A stretch of 10,285 nt of DNA, taken from the IMG/VR virus record IMGVR_UViG_2531839374_000022; one strand, written 5' to 3'. Both the position numbers and the translations under genes were made by a program. Position 1 is the first letter of the stretch; the number at the start of each line of letters is the position of its first letter. The notes under the pieces were generated by a model. The model made no database searches, was not told the DNA's origin, and saw nothing but the letters and a program-made list of their open reading frames with translations. Positions 1-7,534 of this stretch are shown here, piece after piece. This DNA is from a virus. Taxonomy: Duplodnaviria; Heunggongvirae; Uroviricota; Caudoviricetes.

Positions 1-2433
1 TTACTCCGTCTGCTCAATAATCTGCTGGTGCTCTTTGTTCCCCGTGCCGAACTCACGCAACCACGCATTGTAGCTGTGCTGTATCGCATCACGGCACGTT
101 TGATCATCCCAGCCAGTAACCACGCCACCCAGCAGTAAAGCAGCCTCCAGAATGGCGAACCTTGCCCCTACACGGTGAACCTGTTCCCCATAGTCGGCAG
201 GAATAAGACTGCGCCAGCGGGCTTCACAGTCACGAACGGTATCAATGGCCTGCTGCTGGTGGCCTGCAAGCCATCTGATCCACTCCCGCCCGGCAGCGCC
301 GTGATTGCTCTGCCACGCGGATTTTAATGCGTCTGCATGGTCTTTCCCTGTCTGGTGCTCATGAAAGCGCACCGCCTTACTTAACGGGATATTCAGCAGG
401 CGCACCAGTTGCCCCGCTTTTGTCTTGCGTCCTGCGGTGGCAATGAACGTTTCTAAATCCATTTCCCCGGTGCTGATTGCCACGGTACGCCAGCGTTTTA
501 GATCCCGATTTCCGCCTTCTTTCGCGCCCTGCAATTTCCCTACGCCGTTAAACAGGGCATAGGCAGACTGAGAAACGCTTATCGGGTCTGCGCCCTGTCC
601 GACTTCATCCAGCGGCATCAGTCCGTCATTGTGGGCGGCGGCCTCGTTTATCAGCCCCAGCGCCGTCCCGTACCACGTCAGGCGCAAGGCATCAGGGTTC
701 CCGTATAGACTGCTAGCCACGTTCTGCGTGGTTGTTTTCCCGGCGCTCGATTGCTCATAAAAATGAATCCCGAATCCGTCACGCTCTGCCACCCCGATTA
801 ATGGCGCTGCCAGTGCTGCGGCAATGCCTGTCATCATCGCGTAGTTGCCGTATGCCAGCCGCGCGACACTGTTGCGCCAGCTTTCCGGCGTTCCTGCTAC
901 GGTATACCCGGCAGCGGCTGAACTGCGCCCGCTGAACAAAACAGGCCGCTCAGGTGTGCCGATGATTTCCCCGTCCGGCATGATGTATGCCCCGCACTGC
1001 CAGCCTGTAGCATGAGCAACGCGCCACAATTCACGCGAGCCGCTCCGCTGTAGCCAGTCGGCAAGGATCGCCCGTAAACTGCTTTTGGTCGTGACGTTAA
1101 CCCCACCAGCTTTCAGGGTGCGCCAGCCTTCACGCTCGCCAATATCAGCCAGCGGGATAGCCGCTGTTGTCGGTATGCCTGCACCGAATGCCAGCCATGA
1201 GATAATAAGATACTGATCTTTGTCGTCGCGTCCCGTGCCGATAACCTCCAACGGGGAACATAACCAGCTTTCAGCGTTGACGATCTCCCCGCTTTCCTTG
1301 TCCACCTTCGGCGTTACCCAGAAAACGCCATCTTTGCGGCTCTCAATGTGGGGTTTTAGTGGATCTTTCTCTGGATGGTCAGTTTTACCGCCCTCAATGG
1401 CTTGCAATCGCGGTTTCACGGCTTCCCCTTGAATCTGGTACATCGAATCGTTAAACGCAGCCGTAGCGACTTCCAGCCCGTTTTGCTGGCGGTAGTCGTC
1501 CCAGTCGGCTTTGTAGTCTGTCGGCGGCAGCGCCACCCAGCCAGCCACGGATAAGGCGGCTTTCTCTGCGGCATCTTTGCCCGTGTTCGCCTGGTCGTCC
1601 TGCTGGTGGTCGTTATCTGCGGCAATGATAATCTGCGTGGCTGGATATATCCGGCGCATCACTTCGGCAACGGGTAGCAGGTTGCCCGCGTCAATTGCTG
1701 CCACTGCCAGCGCGTCCGGGCGCATCAGGTGAACTGAAAGGGCCGTCGCCAGCCCCTCGGCAATTAAAACGCTCTGCGGCGATTCTGGCGCGTTTACGGC
1801 GTGATATGCCCCGCGCTTTGCTGAACCTGTCAGGAGTCGCTTCTCTCCCTGCGGTGTAATGGTTTGCGCTGCTGCCACTGCGCCGGATTCGTCCACCAGC
1901 TCCAGCAATAACGAACCATCCGGCATAACCGGATAGTTAAACCCGGTCAGCCCTTTTGATTGCAGGTAATCAGATTCGCCCTGTGTGGCACTCTGGCGCA
2001 TTCCGGCATACAGATGGGCAAACGTAGCCCTTCGCTGCTCTGCGTCCTCTGCTGCCTGTTTCTGGCGCTCCTGCTCACGCTGCTGGCGGTCAGCTTCCAG
2101 TTGCTCTCTTCTATGGCTCGCTGCCGCCGGGTCGGTTTGCGCTGCCCGGTAATCAATACCCAGCACGTCAGCGGCAAGCTGTGCCGCCTCCGTGGTGTCG
2201 CAGTTGTTTACCCGCTTGATTAAATCCAGCCCGTCACCAGCGCCACACTGGTTGCAGATAAAGCTACCGCGCCCGTTGTCGTCGAATCTGAAACGGTCTT
2301 TTCCACCACATGCAGGGCATGGAGAATGGCGGCGCGATGAATCAGGCACGTCGATAGACAATTCAGCCAGCACATAAGGCCAGCGCCCTGCTGCGGCGCT
2401 GGTCACTTCGCGGATAAGGTCGATATTACGCAT
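1..2433 (-). CDS. Bifunctional DNA primase/helicase, phage P4 alpha family (zinc-ribbon + TOPRIM + C-terminal P-loop NTPase)
   Basis: Track ORF 1..2466 (821 aa). N-terminal Cys motif CPACGGKDRFRFDD...FICNQCG (primase zinc ribbon), TOPRIM-like LIAEGLATALSV and IIIAADNDHQ, Walker-A-like SSAGKTTT in the C-terminal half. Likely true start is the ATG at 2433 (MRNIDLIREV...), which has an AGGAGG Shine-Dalgarno 7 nt upstream; the track start at 2466 is an in-frame upstream extension. Stop codon at 1-3. Confidence 0.88.
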   Translation of the reverse strand: MRNIDLIREVTSAAAGRWPYVLAELSIDVPDSSRRHSPCPACGGKDRFRFDDNGRGSFICNQCGAGDGLDLIKRVNNCDTTEAAQLAADVLGIDYRAAQTDPAAASHRREQLEADRQQREQERQKQAAEDAEQRRATFAHLYAGMRQSATQGESDYLQSKGLTGFNYPVMPDGSLLLELVDESGAVAAAQTITPQGEKRLLTGSAKRGAYHAVNAPESPQSVLIAEGLATALSVHLMRPDALAVAAIDAGNLLPVAEVMRRIYPATQIIIAADNDHQQDDQANTGKDAAEKAALSVAGWVALPPTDYKADWDDYRQQNGLEVATAAFNDSMYQIQGEAVKPRLQAIEGGKTDHPEKDPLKPHIESRKDGVFWVTPKVDKESGEIVNAESWLCSPLEVIGTGRDDKDQYLIISWLAFGAGIPTTAAIPLADIGEREGWRTLKAGGVNVTTKSSLRAILADWLQRSGSRELWRVAHATGWQCGAYIMPDGEIIGTPERPVLFSGRSSAAAGYTVAGTPESWRNSVARLAYGNYAMMTGIAAALAAPLIGVAERDGFGIHFYEQSSAGKTTTQNVASSLYGNPDALRLTWYGTALGLINEAAAHNDGLMPLDEVGQGADPISVSQSAYALFNGVGKLQGAKEGGNRDLKRWRTVAISTGEMDLETFIATAGRKTKAGQLVRLLNIPLSKAVRFHEHQTGKDHADALKSAWQSNHGAAGREWIRWLAGHQQQAIDTVRDCEARWRSLIPADYGEQVHRVGARFAILEAALLLGGVVTGWDDQTCRDAIQHSYNAWLREFGTGNKEHQQIIEQTE

Positions 2434-2767
2434 GGTTGCCTCCTGCCACGGTCGCGCCCATATCATTAATCATGCTTTGCCATATCTCGCGCCCGATGTC
2501 AGTCAATCCGTCCTTAGTGACGCAACGATCAAGAAGCTCGATCCCCACGATTTCCCACTGCGGGTAGCGCACTTTCATGGCTGCCAGTGCGTAGCTATCA
2601 ATCAGGCTGCGAACGCCTTTTACTCCATTGACGATTTCCACACGGACGGCGAGGCCGTCCGCATCAATCATGAAATAGTCCCCGCCGCTGGTGGAAGTAA
2701 TGTGGTTATACAGTGCCGCCGCATACTTATTCGCCAGCGCATTCAGTCGGAAATTTTTAGTAATCAT
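2426..2767 (-). CDS. Hypothetical protein (113 aa), last gene before the primase
   Basis: Track ORF; ATG at 2767 preceded by GAGGGG Shine-Dalgarno; stop lies 2 nt before the primase start at 2433. No motif recognised. Confidence 0.6.
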   Translation of the reverse strand: MITKNFRLNALANKYAAALYNHITSTSGGDYFMIDADGLAVRVEIVNGVKGVRSLIDSYALAAMKVRYPQWEIVGIELLDRCVTKDGLTDIGREIWQSMINDMGATVAGGNHA

Positions 2768-2775
2768 GTCGCCCC

Positions 2776-3378
2776 TCAGTGCGCCAGCGGCATTTCAGGC
2801 CAGCCGTTTTCATTCAGTTCAGCTATAAAGCTGTTGTGAAGTTCAGCAAGCGTTTCACGACCAAATGGAGTCAGTGCTCCTTGTTCCACATCCATCATGG
2901 CTCTGTAGAAAATGATGGCGCGTTCTGTGCCAGACTCGATGCCAAAACGTTCTATCATCGCGCCCTCAATGTTGTTTGCCATAGCGAGGCGCTCTGCTAC
3001 TGGATACAGCGGCATGGCGACGATGCCGTTGGAATAAACAGCCACTTCGGAAGGATTGCCAGTATCATCAATGATGCTGACAGTGCCGTTTTCCTCTCTC
3101 ATTTCCAGCATGAATACTGTTGCGATCAGCCAGCGCCACATAATCACGTGATGCTGTGATGTGTAATCGAAATATCCCTGGTTGCCGCCACTGGCAATAG
3201 CGAGATGTATAAACATGCCTTCATCTGGTTTATCGTCATAATCCCCGGCATCCAGACGATTTACGGCATCAATATATGAGACGGTCTCAACGCGTTCTGT
3301 CATGCCATCGTTGCTGCGGTACATGATGTTTACGCCGCCAGGCGTTGCTTCTGCATGGAACGTTAAGAAATTATTCAT
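2776..3378 (-). CDS. Hypothetical protein (about 200 aa)
   Basis: Track ORF 2776..3483; probable start is the internal ATG at 3378 (MNNFLTFHAEA...), which overlaps the stop of the upstream ORF by 8 nt (ATGAATAA) and has a GAGG Shine-Dalgarno. No motif recognised. Confidence 0.6.
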   Translation of the reverse strand: MNNFLTFHAEATPGGVNIMYRSNDGMTERVETVSYIDAVNRLDAGDYDDKPDEGMFIHLAIASGGNQGYFDYTSQHHVIMWRWLIATVFMLEMREENGTVSIIDDTGNPSEVAVYSNGIVAMPLYPVAERLAMANNIEGAMIERFGIESGTERAIIFYRAMMDVEQGALTPFGRETLAELHNSFIAELNENGWPEMPLAH

Positions 3379-3592
3379 GTTTCGCCTCGCCTGAATGATT
3401 CTGTAACTCATATTTGCCCAACAATTCGTCAGCTTCCTGAATAGCTTCTGGTACGCCATTGAGCAGTGACATAACCGCGCCAATCATTAACTTGTCTCTG
3501 TTGCTGGGGCTGGCCCCTTCAAGCCAGAACCCTAAAACAGTCTGAACCTGTTCGATGCGACATTGCGCTTCAATGAGCTGGATGTTGGTCAT
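3371..3592 (-). CDS. Hypothetical small protein (73 aa)
   Basis: Track ORF; ATG at 3592 with GGAGAG Shine-Dalgarno; ATGA start/stop overlap with the upstream ORF (stop at 3589). Confidence 0.55.
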   Translation of the reverse strand: MTNIQLIEAQCRIEQVQTVLGFWLEGASPSNRDKLMIGAVMSLLNGVPEAIQEADELLGKYELQNHSGEAKHE

Positions 3593-3852
3593 TTCGCACT
3601 CTCCACATCGATTAAACTGATATCTATCAGGGAGGTAACTTTTTGTAGCCAGCTATTGATTACTGTCGCCTGTTCCCCTCCCACCGAGGGAACAATCTCA
3701 TTCATCACATGAACCAGACCTGTGCGCGCTCTGGTAAGCCGTTCAGTCGCGCAATCTGCGGGAGTGAATGTGTCTGGATATGGCTCTTCGCGCCCCAGCA
3801 ATGATTCAATTTCCAGCTCACACGGATGACGATAAATTAAGTTGATATTCAT
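3589..3852 (-). CDS. Hypothetical small protein (87 aa)
   Basis: Track ORF; ATG at 3852 with GGGGGTG Shine-Dalgarno; ATGA overlap with the upstream ORF (stop at 3849). Confidence 0.55.
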   Translation of the reverse strand: MNINLIYRHPCELEIESLLGREEPYPDTFTPADCATERLTRARTGLVHVMNEIVPSVGGEQATVINSWLQKVTSLIDISLIDVESAK

Positions 3853-4043
3853 TTTTCACCCCCAAGAATTACCAGCTCTGCACGGGCATCGTTAACCAAA
3901 GATGAGCACGCTTTAATCGCATCCACGACATCAGCAGCGTCCATTTCTTCAGCCGAAAGACTGACAGCAACCAGGACAGCCGCTGTTTGCTCGATTAATT
4001 GAAGTGCGGACGTAAGGCGAGGGGTATTAATTGAGTTATTCAT
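3849..4043 (-). CDS. Hypothetical small protein (about 64 aa)
   Basis: Track ORF 3849..4100 begins with GTG; the internal ATG at 4043 (MNNSINTPRL...) overlaps the upstream stop by 8 nt and has a G-rich Shine-Dalgarno, so 4043 is the preferred start. Confidence 0.5.
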   Translation of the reverse strand: MNNSINTPRLTSALQLIEQTAAVLVAVSLSAEEMDAADVVDAIKACSSLVNDARAELVILGGEK

Positions 4044-4254
4044 TGGTTGCCCCCCGTTTTCCTGACATTTCGCCACCTTCCAGCAGGAAATGAACGTCAC
4101 GAACGGCGAGATCCAATATCGCGAGTAACGCCTTCAGTTTTTCGTCTCGTGAGGGAGAGTTGCTCACCAGAATGTCATTAATCACTTCTGTCAGTGTGAT
4201 GATCTGGCTTGTGCGTTCGAGGGGATCCATATGCACATCGTAGGTTTTAATCAT
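4036..4254 (-). CDS. Hypothetical small protein (72 aa)
   Basis: Track ORF 4036..4344; preferred start is the ATG at 4254 (MIKTYDVHMDPLE...) with a GGAGGTG Shine-Dalgarno; it overlaps the stop of the upstream ORF (ATGATTAA). Confidence 0.55.
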   Translation of the reverse strand: MIKTYDVHMDPLERTSQIITLTEVINDILVSNSPSRDEKLKALLAILDLAVRDVHFLLEGGEMSGKRGATNE

Positions 4255-4441
4255 GTGCCACCTCCATGCGGATACGACCAGCAAAAAAGCAGACGTGATC
4301 GCGCACCAGAGAACGGCGAGCATCGCGTTCAGACTCGGCAGCAATATGATGAATTTTGGCGGTAATTGTCGGGCAATCGCGGCGAACTGCGGCGATAATC
4401 CAGATAAATTGCGGTTTTTGGGTAGGGGTAGTAGCCAGCAT
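4247..4441 (-). CDS. Small protein (64 aa), first gene after the structured leader; possibly Icd-like (host cell division inhibitor family of P1/P4-like elements)
   Basis: C-terminal 64 codons of track ORF 4247..5002. ATG at 4441 has a strong AAGGAGG Shine-Dalgarno 7 nt upstream. Sequence MLATTPTQKPQFIWIIAAVRR...FFAGRIRMEVAHD. The Icd-like assignment rests on position directly after a C4/CI-like leader and a remembered resemblance; it is not verified. Confidence 0.5.
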   Translation of the reverse strand: MLATTPTQKPQFIWIIAAVRRDCPTITAKIHHIAAESERDARRSLVRDHVCFFAGRIRMEVAHD

Positions 4442-4444
4442 AGC

Positions 4445-4710
4445 GGCAGCCTCCTTTGTGTTTAAGGAGTCACCGCCTGAGTTTCCACGCTCTGAAATGG
4501 CGGTGACGTTAGCAGGGGTGGAAATACCGGACACAAAGGAAACCGGCCTACGCGAACGTAGCCCCACTAACGCCACCATTGATACAGTACGGACTAGGCC
4601 GCTGATTTGATGTGCGTAGTGATCGGACACAAAAAAAGACGCTTTCGGCGTCTGTGTCGCCCTGAGTGTGTTCGGGTTTCCACGCCCGGTTGCTGATTTT
4701 GCAGCAACGC
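4445..4710 (-). ncRNA. Candidate structured leader / antisense-RNA immunity region (P4 CI / P1 C4-like): hairpins, direct repeats and a terminator
   Basis: On the minus strand: hairpin GTTGCTG-CAAAAT-CAGCAAC (plus 4689-4708); direct repeat GCGTGGAAAC at plus 4676-4685 and 4481-4490; a complementary TTTCCAC at plus 4518-4524; direct repeat TTTGTGTCCG at plus 4624-4633 and 4528-4537; UUCG-loop hairpin at plus 4548-4561; 9-bp stem GTCACCGCC/GGCGGTGAC (plus 4469-4477 and 4499-4507) enclosing one repeat copy, immediately upstream of the Shine-Dalgarno at 4449-4454. The family assignment is inference. Confidence 0.35.
4631..4653 (-). terminator. Rho-independent terminator (minus strand)
   Basis: Minus strand reads AGACGC-CGAAA-GCGUCU followed by UUUUUUU; 6-bp GC-rich stem at plus 4637-4642 / 4648-4653, then a run of seven T on the minus strand (plus 4631-4637, the last shared with the stem). 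Confidence 0.55.
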
Positions 4711-4940
4711 TTGGACTATAACAGCTTTTCTCTGCTAGGTGGTCATACCAGATAAAACCGTAACCCTTTAAGAGTTTTTCCTGTGCACGGCTCACCATCT
4801 TTTTGTTGAGGGTAAGCGCCTCGCGTACTGGTAACGGAACTCCGGGCGCTGCGGTATCAATATCAGGTTTTATAAGGTTGTAAGGGTTAACATTTGTTAA
4901 CAGGCCAGCCAGATTAAAGGCTTCTTTCTGGGCGGCAGGT

Positions 4941-5123
4941 TCATTCAGTATCACGGCGCACCTCCACGAACTCATTAACGAATCTCTCCAAAGGCTGAAC
5001 ACATGGCGACTGATAGCCCTCGCGGTAAAAGGTCACTCGGTTATGCTCGACGCGCTCAACGGTCACTACAGCCCCGTGCGAATCCTTGTAACGGCTTCCC
5101 GGCATCGGATTGTGGTTACGCAT
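4941..5123 (-). CDS. Hypothetical small protein (60 aa)
   Basis: Track ORF; ATG preceded by GGAGGT Shine-Dalgarno; start overlaps the stop of the antirepressor-like gene by 8 nt (translational coupling). Confidence 0.5.
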   Translation of the reverse strand: MRNHNPMPGSRYKDSHGAVVTVERVEHNRVTFYREGYQSPCVQPLERFVNEFVEVRRDTE

Positions 5124-5925
5124 GGTTTACCTCCAGACGTTTAGCGAGCCAGCGTTGCGACAGGCGGGTGAGTTCTCCTTTGCGCTGCTCATATTCCATG
5201 CCCATATCAATTAACGTGATATTGGTGCTTTCGAGATAGGCGAGGTGTTCAAGCTGTGCTGCGTTCATGCTGTCCCGTGGTTCGCCAGTAATGCCATTTG
5301 CCTGCGCCCACTGCTTCGCCGTCATGCCACCCAGCACGATACGGGCGATCATGTTGCTCTCGTTGCTGTAGTGGCGCTGCTGCGTCGTTTTGCCCATCTC
5401 GGCACGGGCCATATTCAGCGCATCGCACATTGGCTTAAAGTTGTTTGCGGCACTGAGACGGGCTTTTAGCTGGCGACGATAGCGGGCGGCGATTTCAGGC
5501 ACGCTACGCTGTAATTCTTCCTCGCACTGGATGAAATAACGGCGGATAGCGCGGCCCTGCTCGTTGCGTTCAACCATTGCCACTTCTTTAGCCATATCCA
5601 GCGATAGCAGGTAATCATGCTCTATTTGCTGGCGAGTTTTTGCGCTCGCCCGTTTTGGCGTGCTCAAATTTTCAACACGGATAAAATCGGTTCCGGCAAT
5701 AAAACCGTACTGGTCAATTCGGCCTTTAATCCAGTTAGTAAAGTCGCGGCCCACCCCCAGCGCTTTATGCAACGCCTTAGCGCTCACAATATTGGCTTCA
5801 CGCCCGCCAATGCGTCCGGCAATAACGGGAACAATAGCGGCAAAGTCGTTGCCGTTAATTACTCCCGTGTTAACGTTGGGTTGCGGGGCGGCCCCCGAAC
5901 TGAATCGGCTTTTTTCGATAGTCAT
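5116..5925 (-). CDS. Phage antirepressor-like protein (AntA/AntB N-terminal motif plus KilAC-like region)
   Basis: Track ORF 5116..5985 begins with TTG; preferred start is the ATG at 5925 (MTIEKSRF...) with a GGAG Shine-Dalgarno. Motifs SAKALHKALGVGRDFTNWIKGRIDQYGFIAGTDFI (AntA-type) and LSLDMAKEVAMVERNEQGRAIRRYFIQCEEEL (typical of phage antirepressors). Confidence 0.72.
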   Translation of the reverse strand: MTIEKSRFSSGAAPQPNVNTGVINGNDFAAIVPVIAGRIGGREANIVSAKALHKALGVGRDFTNWIKGRIDQYGFIAGTDFIRVENLSTPKRASAKTRQQIEHDYLLSLDMAKEVAMVERNEQGRAIRRYFIQCEEELQRSVPEIAARYRRQLKARLSAANNFKPMCDALNMARAEMGKTTQQRHYSNESNMIARIVLGGMTAKQWAQANGITGEPRDSMNAAQLEHLAYLESTNITLIDMGMEYEQRKGELTRLSQRWLAKRLEVNHA

Positions 5926-5938
5926 ATTTTCGGCTCCG

Positions 5939-6370
5939 TTATGCGGCGGTGAGATTGTCCGGGTATAGATTGAGAGTGTCGGCAATTTCAGGCTGAGAAA
6001 GTCCCTGATAGCCGCCAGCGTCGGCGTTATGGTTCACAAGCCGAATAACTTTTAGAACGTCACCGCGCCCGGTAAAGCGATAGCGTAAATGTGACCCTAT
6101 CCCGTCGGGGTTCTTTTCGTCTATACGCTCAAGCTGAATATCAAGCCTGCGCTCTAACTCGCTGGCGTAGTTCCTTCCAGACGAAAGGCGGCAATAACGC
6201 AGAATGTCATTTTCTGTCCATCCCTCTATACCAGTACGCAGCATATAGACTCTGGCACGATGCTTTTTCGGTGTGCGCTTTGGTGCTTGAAGGGATTTTG
6301 TAAGGGGCGTAACATCAGATACGCGAATATCTGAATTAGCCGCCTGTAATGGGCGGTTTTTCTTTTCCAT
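5939..6370 (-). CDS. Hypothetical protein (143 aa), translationally coupled to alpA
   Basis: Track ORF; its ATG shares the A of the alpA stop codon (TGATG overlap). Basic N-terminus; no motif recognised. Confidence 0.6.
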   Translation of the reverse strand: MEKKNRPLQAANSDIRVSDVTPLTKSLQAPKRTPKKHRARVYMLRTGIEGWTENDILRYCRLSSGRNYASELERRLDIQLERIDEKNPDGIGSHLRYRFTGRGDVLKVIRLVNHNADAGGYQGLSQPEIADTLNLYPDNLTAA

Positions 6371-6573
6371 CAGGCCACCTTCCCGCGGCGTTCTGCCAGC
6401 CAGTTGTGAATCTCAACCGCATCAAACGCAGTTATTTTTTCTCCCAGCTTTACCGGACGTGGTAGTGAACCGTTTCTTACTTTACGGTCGATGGTGGATA
6501 CACTAACGCCCAGCAATTCAGCCAGGCGGAAGCGTCTGATATAGCCTTTTGTAGGGATAGTGTCGATGTTCAT
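6370..6573 (-). CDS. alpA: AlpA/Vis-family helix-turn-helix regulator (prophage CP4-57-type regulatory protein / excisionase-like)
   Basis: 67 aa; RFRLAELLGVSVSTIDRKVRNGSLPRPVKLGEKITAFDAVEIHNWL fits the AlpA-family helix-turn-helix pattern; GAGG Shine-Dalgarno upstream of the ATG at 6573. Confidence 0.85.
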   Translation of the reverse strand: MNIDTIPTKGYIRRFRLAELLGVSVSTIDRKVRNGSLPRPVKLGEKITAFDAVEIHNWLAERRGKVA

Positions 6574-6612
6574 GATTCCCGTAACCTCTTAGCGATAGTT
6601 GTTGCTTCGTTA

Positions 6613-6617
6613 CGGGT
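6613..6617. repeat. IS2 target-site duplication, left copy (CGGGT)
   Basis: CGGGT immediately outside the IS2 end at 6618; identical pentamer at 7949-7953. IS2 is known to make 5-bp duplications. Confidence 0.8.
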
Positions 6618-6628
6618 TGGATTTGCCC

Positions 6629-7534
6629 CTATATTTCCAGACATCTGTTATCACTTAACCCATTACAAGCCCGCTGCCGCAGATATTCCCGTGGCGAGCG
6701 ATAACCCAGCGCACTATGCGGATGCCATTCGTTATAATGTTCGAACGCCTCTGCAAGGTTCTTTGCTGCCGTTAACCCGTCTGGTTTGGGCATGATACTG
6801 ATGTAGTCACGCTTTATCGTTTTCACGAAGCTCTCTGCTATTCCGTTACTCTCCGGACTCCGCACCGCCGTGTTCTTCGGTTCAAGTCCCAACATCCGGG
6901 CGAACTGGCGTGTTTCATTAGCCCGGTAGCATGAACCATTATCCGTCAGCCACTCCACTGGAGACGACGGAAGATCGTTGCCGAAGCGGCGTTCCACCGC
7001 TCCCAGCATGACGTCCTGTACTGTTTCACTGTTGAAGCCGCCGGTAGTCACCGCCCAGTGCAGTGCCTCACGATCACAGCAGTCCAGCGCGAACGTGACA
7101 CGCAGTCTCTCTCCGTTATCACAGCAGAACTCGAACCCGTCAGAGCACCATCGCTGATTGCTTTCTTTCACGGCCACTCTGCCTGTATGTGCCCGTTTCG
7201 ATGGCGGTACAGCAGGTTTTCGCTCAAGCAACAGCGCATTCTGGCGCATGATCCGGTAAACACGTTTGGCATTGATCGCAGGCATACCATCAAGTTCTGC
7301 CTGTCTGCGAAGCAGCGCCCATACCCGACGATAACCATACGTGGGCAGCTCTCCGATAACATGGTGTATACGGAGAAGCACATCCGTATCATCAGTGTGA
7401 CGACTGCGGCGGCCATCCATCCAGTCATCGGTTCGTCTGAGAATGACGTGCAACTGCGCACGCGACACCCGGAGACAACGGCTGACTAAGCTTACTCCCC
7501 ATCCCCGGGCAATAAGGGCGCGTGCGCTATCCAC
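6629..7534 (-). CDS. insD: IS2 transposase OrfB (InsD), 301 aa
   Basis: Track ORF; protein [34 protein letters not shown]... matches IS2 InsD as remembered; GTG start; expressed as the OrfAB fusion by -1 frameshifting. Confidence 0.95.

Noticed and set aside
732-2377. Plus-strand ORFs 732..935, 1220..1432, 1960..2223, 2192..2377 and minus-strand ORFs 897..1106, 1416..1625, 1947..2177, all inside the primase gene
   Set aside because: They lie entirely within the long, motif-supported primase reading frame, either antisense or out of frame, and have no convincing ribosome-binding sites; they are consistent with chance ORFs in GC-rich coding DNA.
2433-2466. Upstream N-terminal extensions given by the track (primase 2434-2466; similarly 3379-3483, 4044-4100, 4255-4344, 5926-5985, 7858-7902)
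   Set aside because: These begin at GTG/TTG or an upstream ATG with no Shine-Dalgarno and overlap the preceding gene substantially; internal ATGs with good Shine-Dalgarno sequences and ATGA-type coupling fit better.
2432-3159. Plus-strand ORFs 2432..2839 (135 aa) and 2779..3159 (126 aa)
   Set aside because: Antisense to the translationally coupled minus-strand operon; translations look low-complexity and His/Cys-rich with no start signals.
4253-4610. Plus-strand ORFs 4253..4465 and 4356..4610
   Set aside because: Antisense to the small-ORF operon and the structured leader; no ribosome-binding site; more likely shadow ORFs.
4442-5002. N-terminal 187 codons of track ORF 4247..5002, read as one 251-aa protein
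   Set aside because: The track start is a GTG overlapping the 60-aa ORF; the frame passes through an intrinsic terminator and paired direct repeats; a strong AAGGAGG-ATG lies at 4441. I treat only 4247..4441 as coding, but the long version is not excluded (see findings).
5003-6303. Plus-strand ORFs 5003..5239, 5245..5469, 5617..5952, 5660..5968, 6091..6303
   Set aside because: Antisense to the antirepressor-like and hypothetical minus-strand genes, with no start signals.
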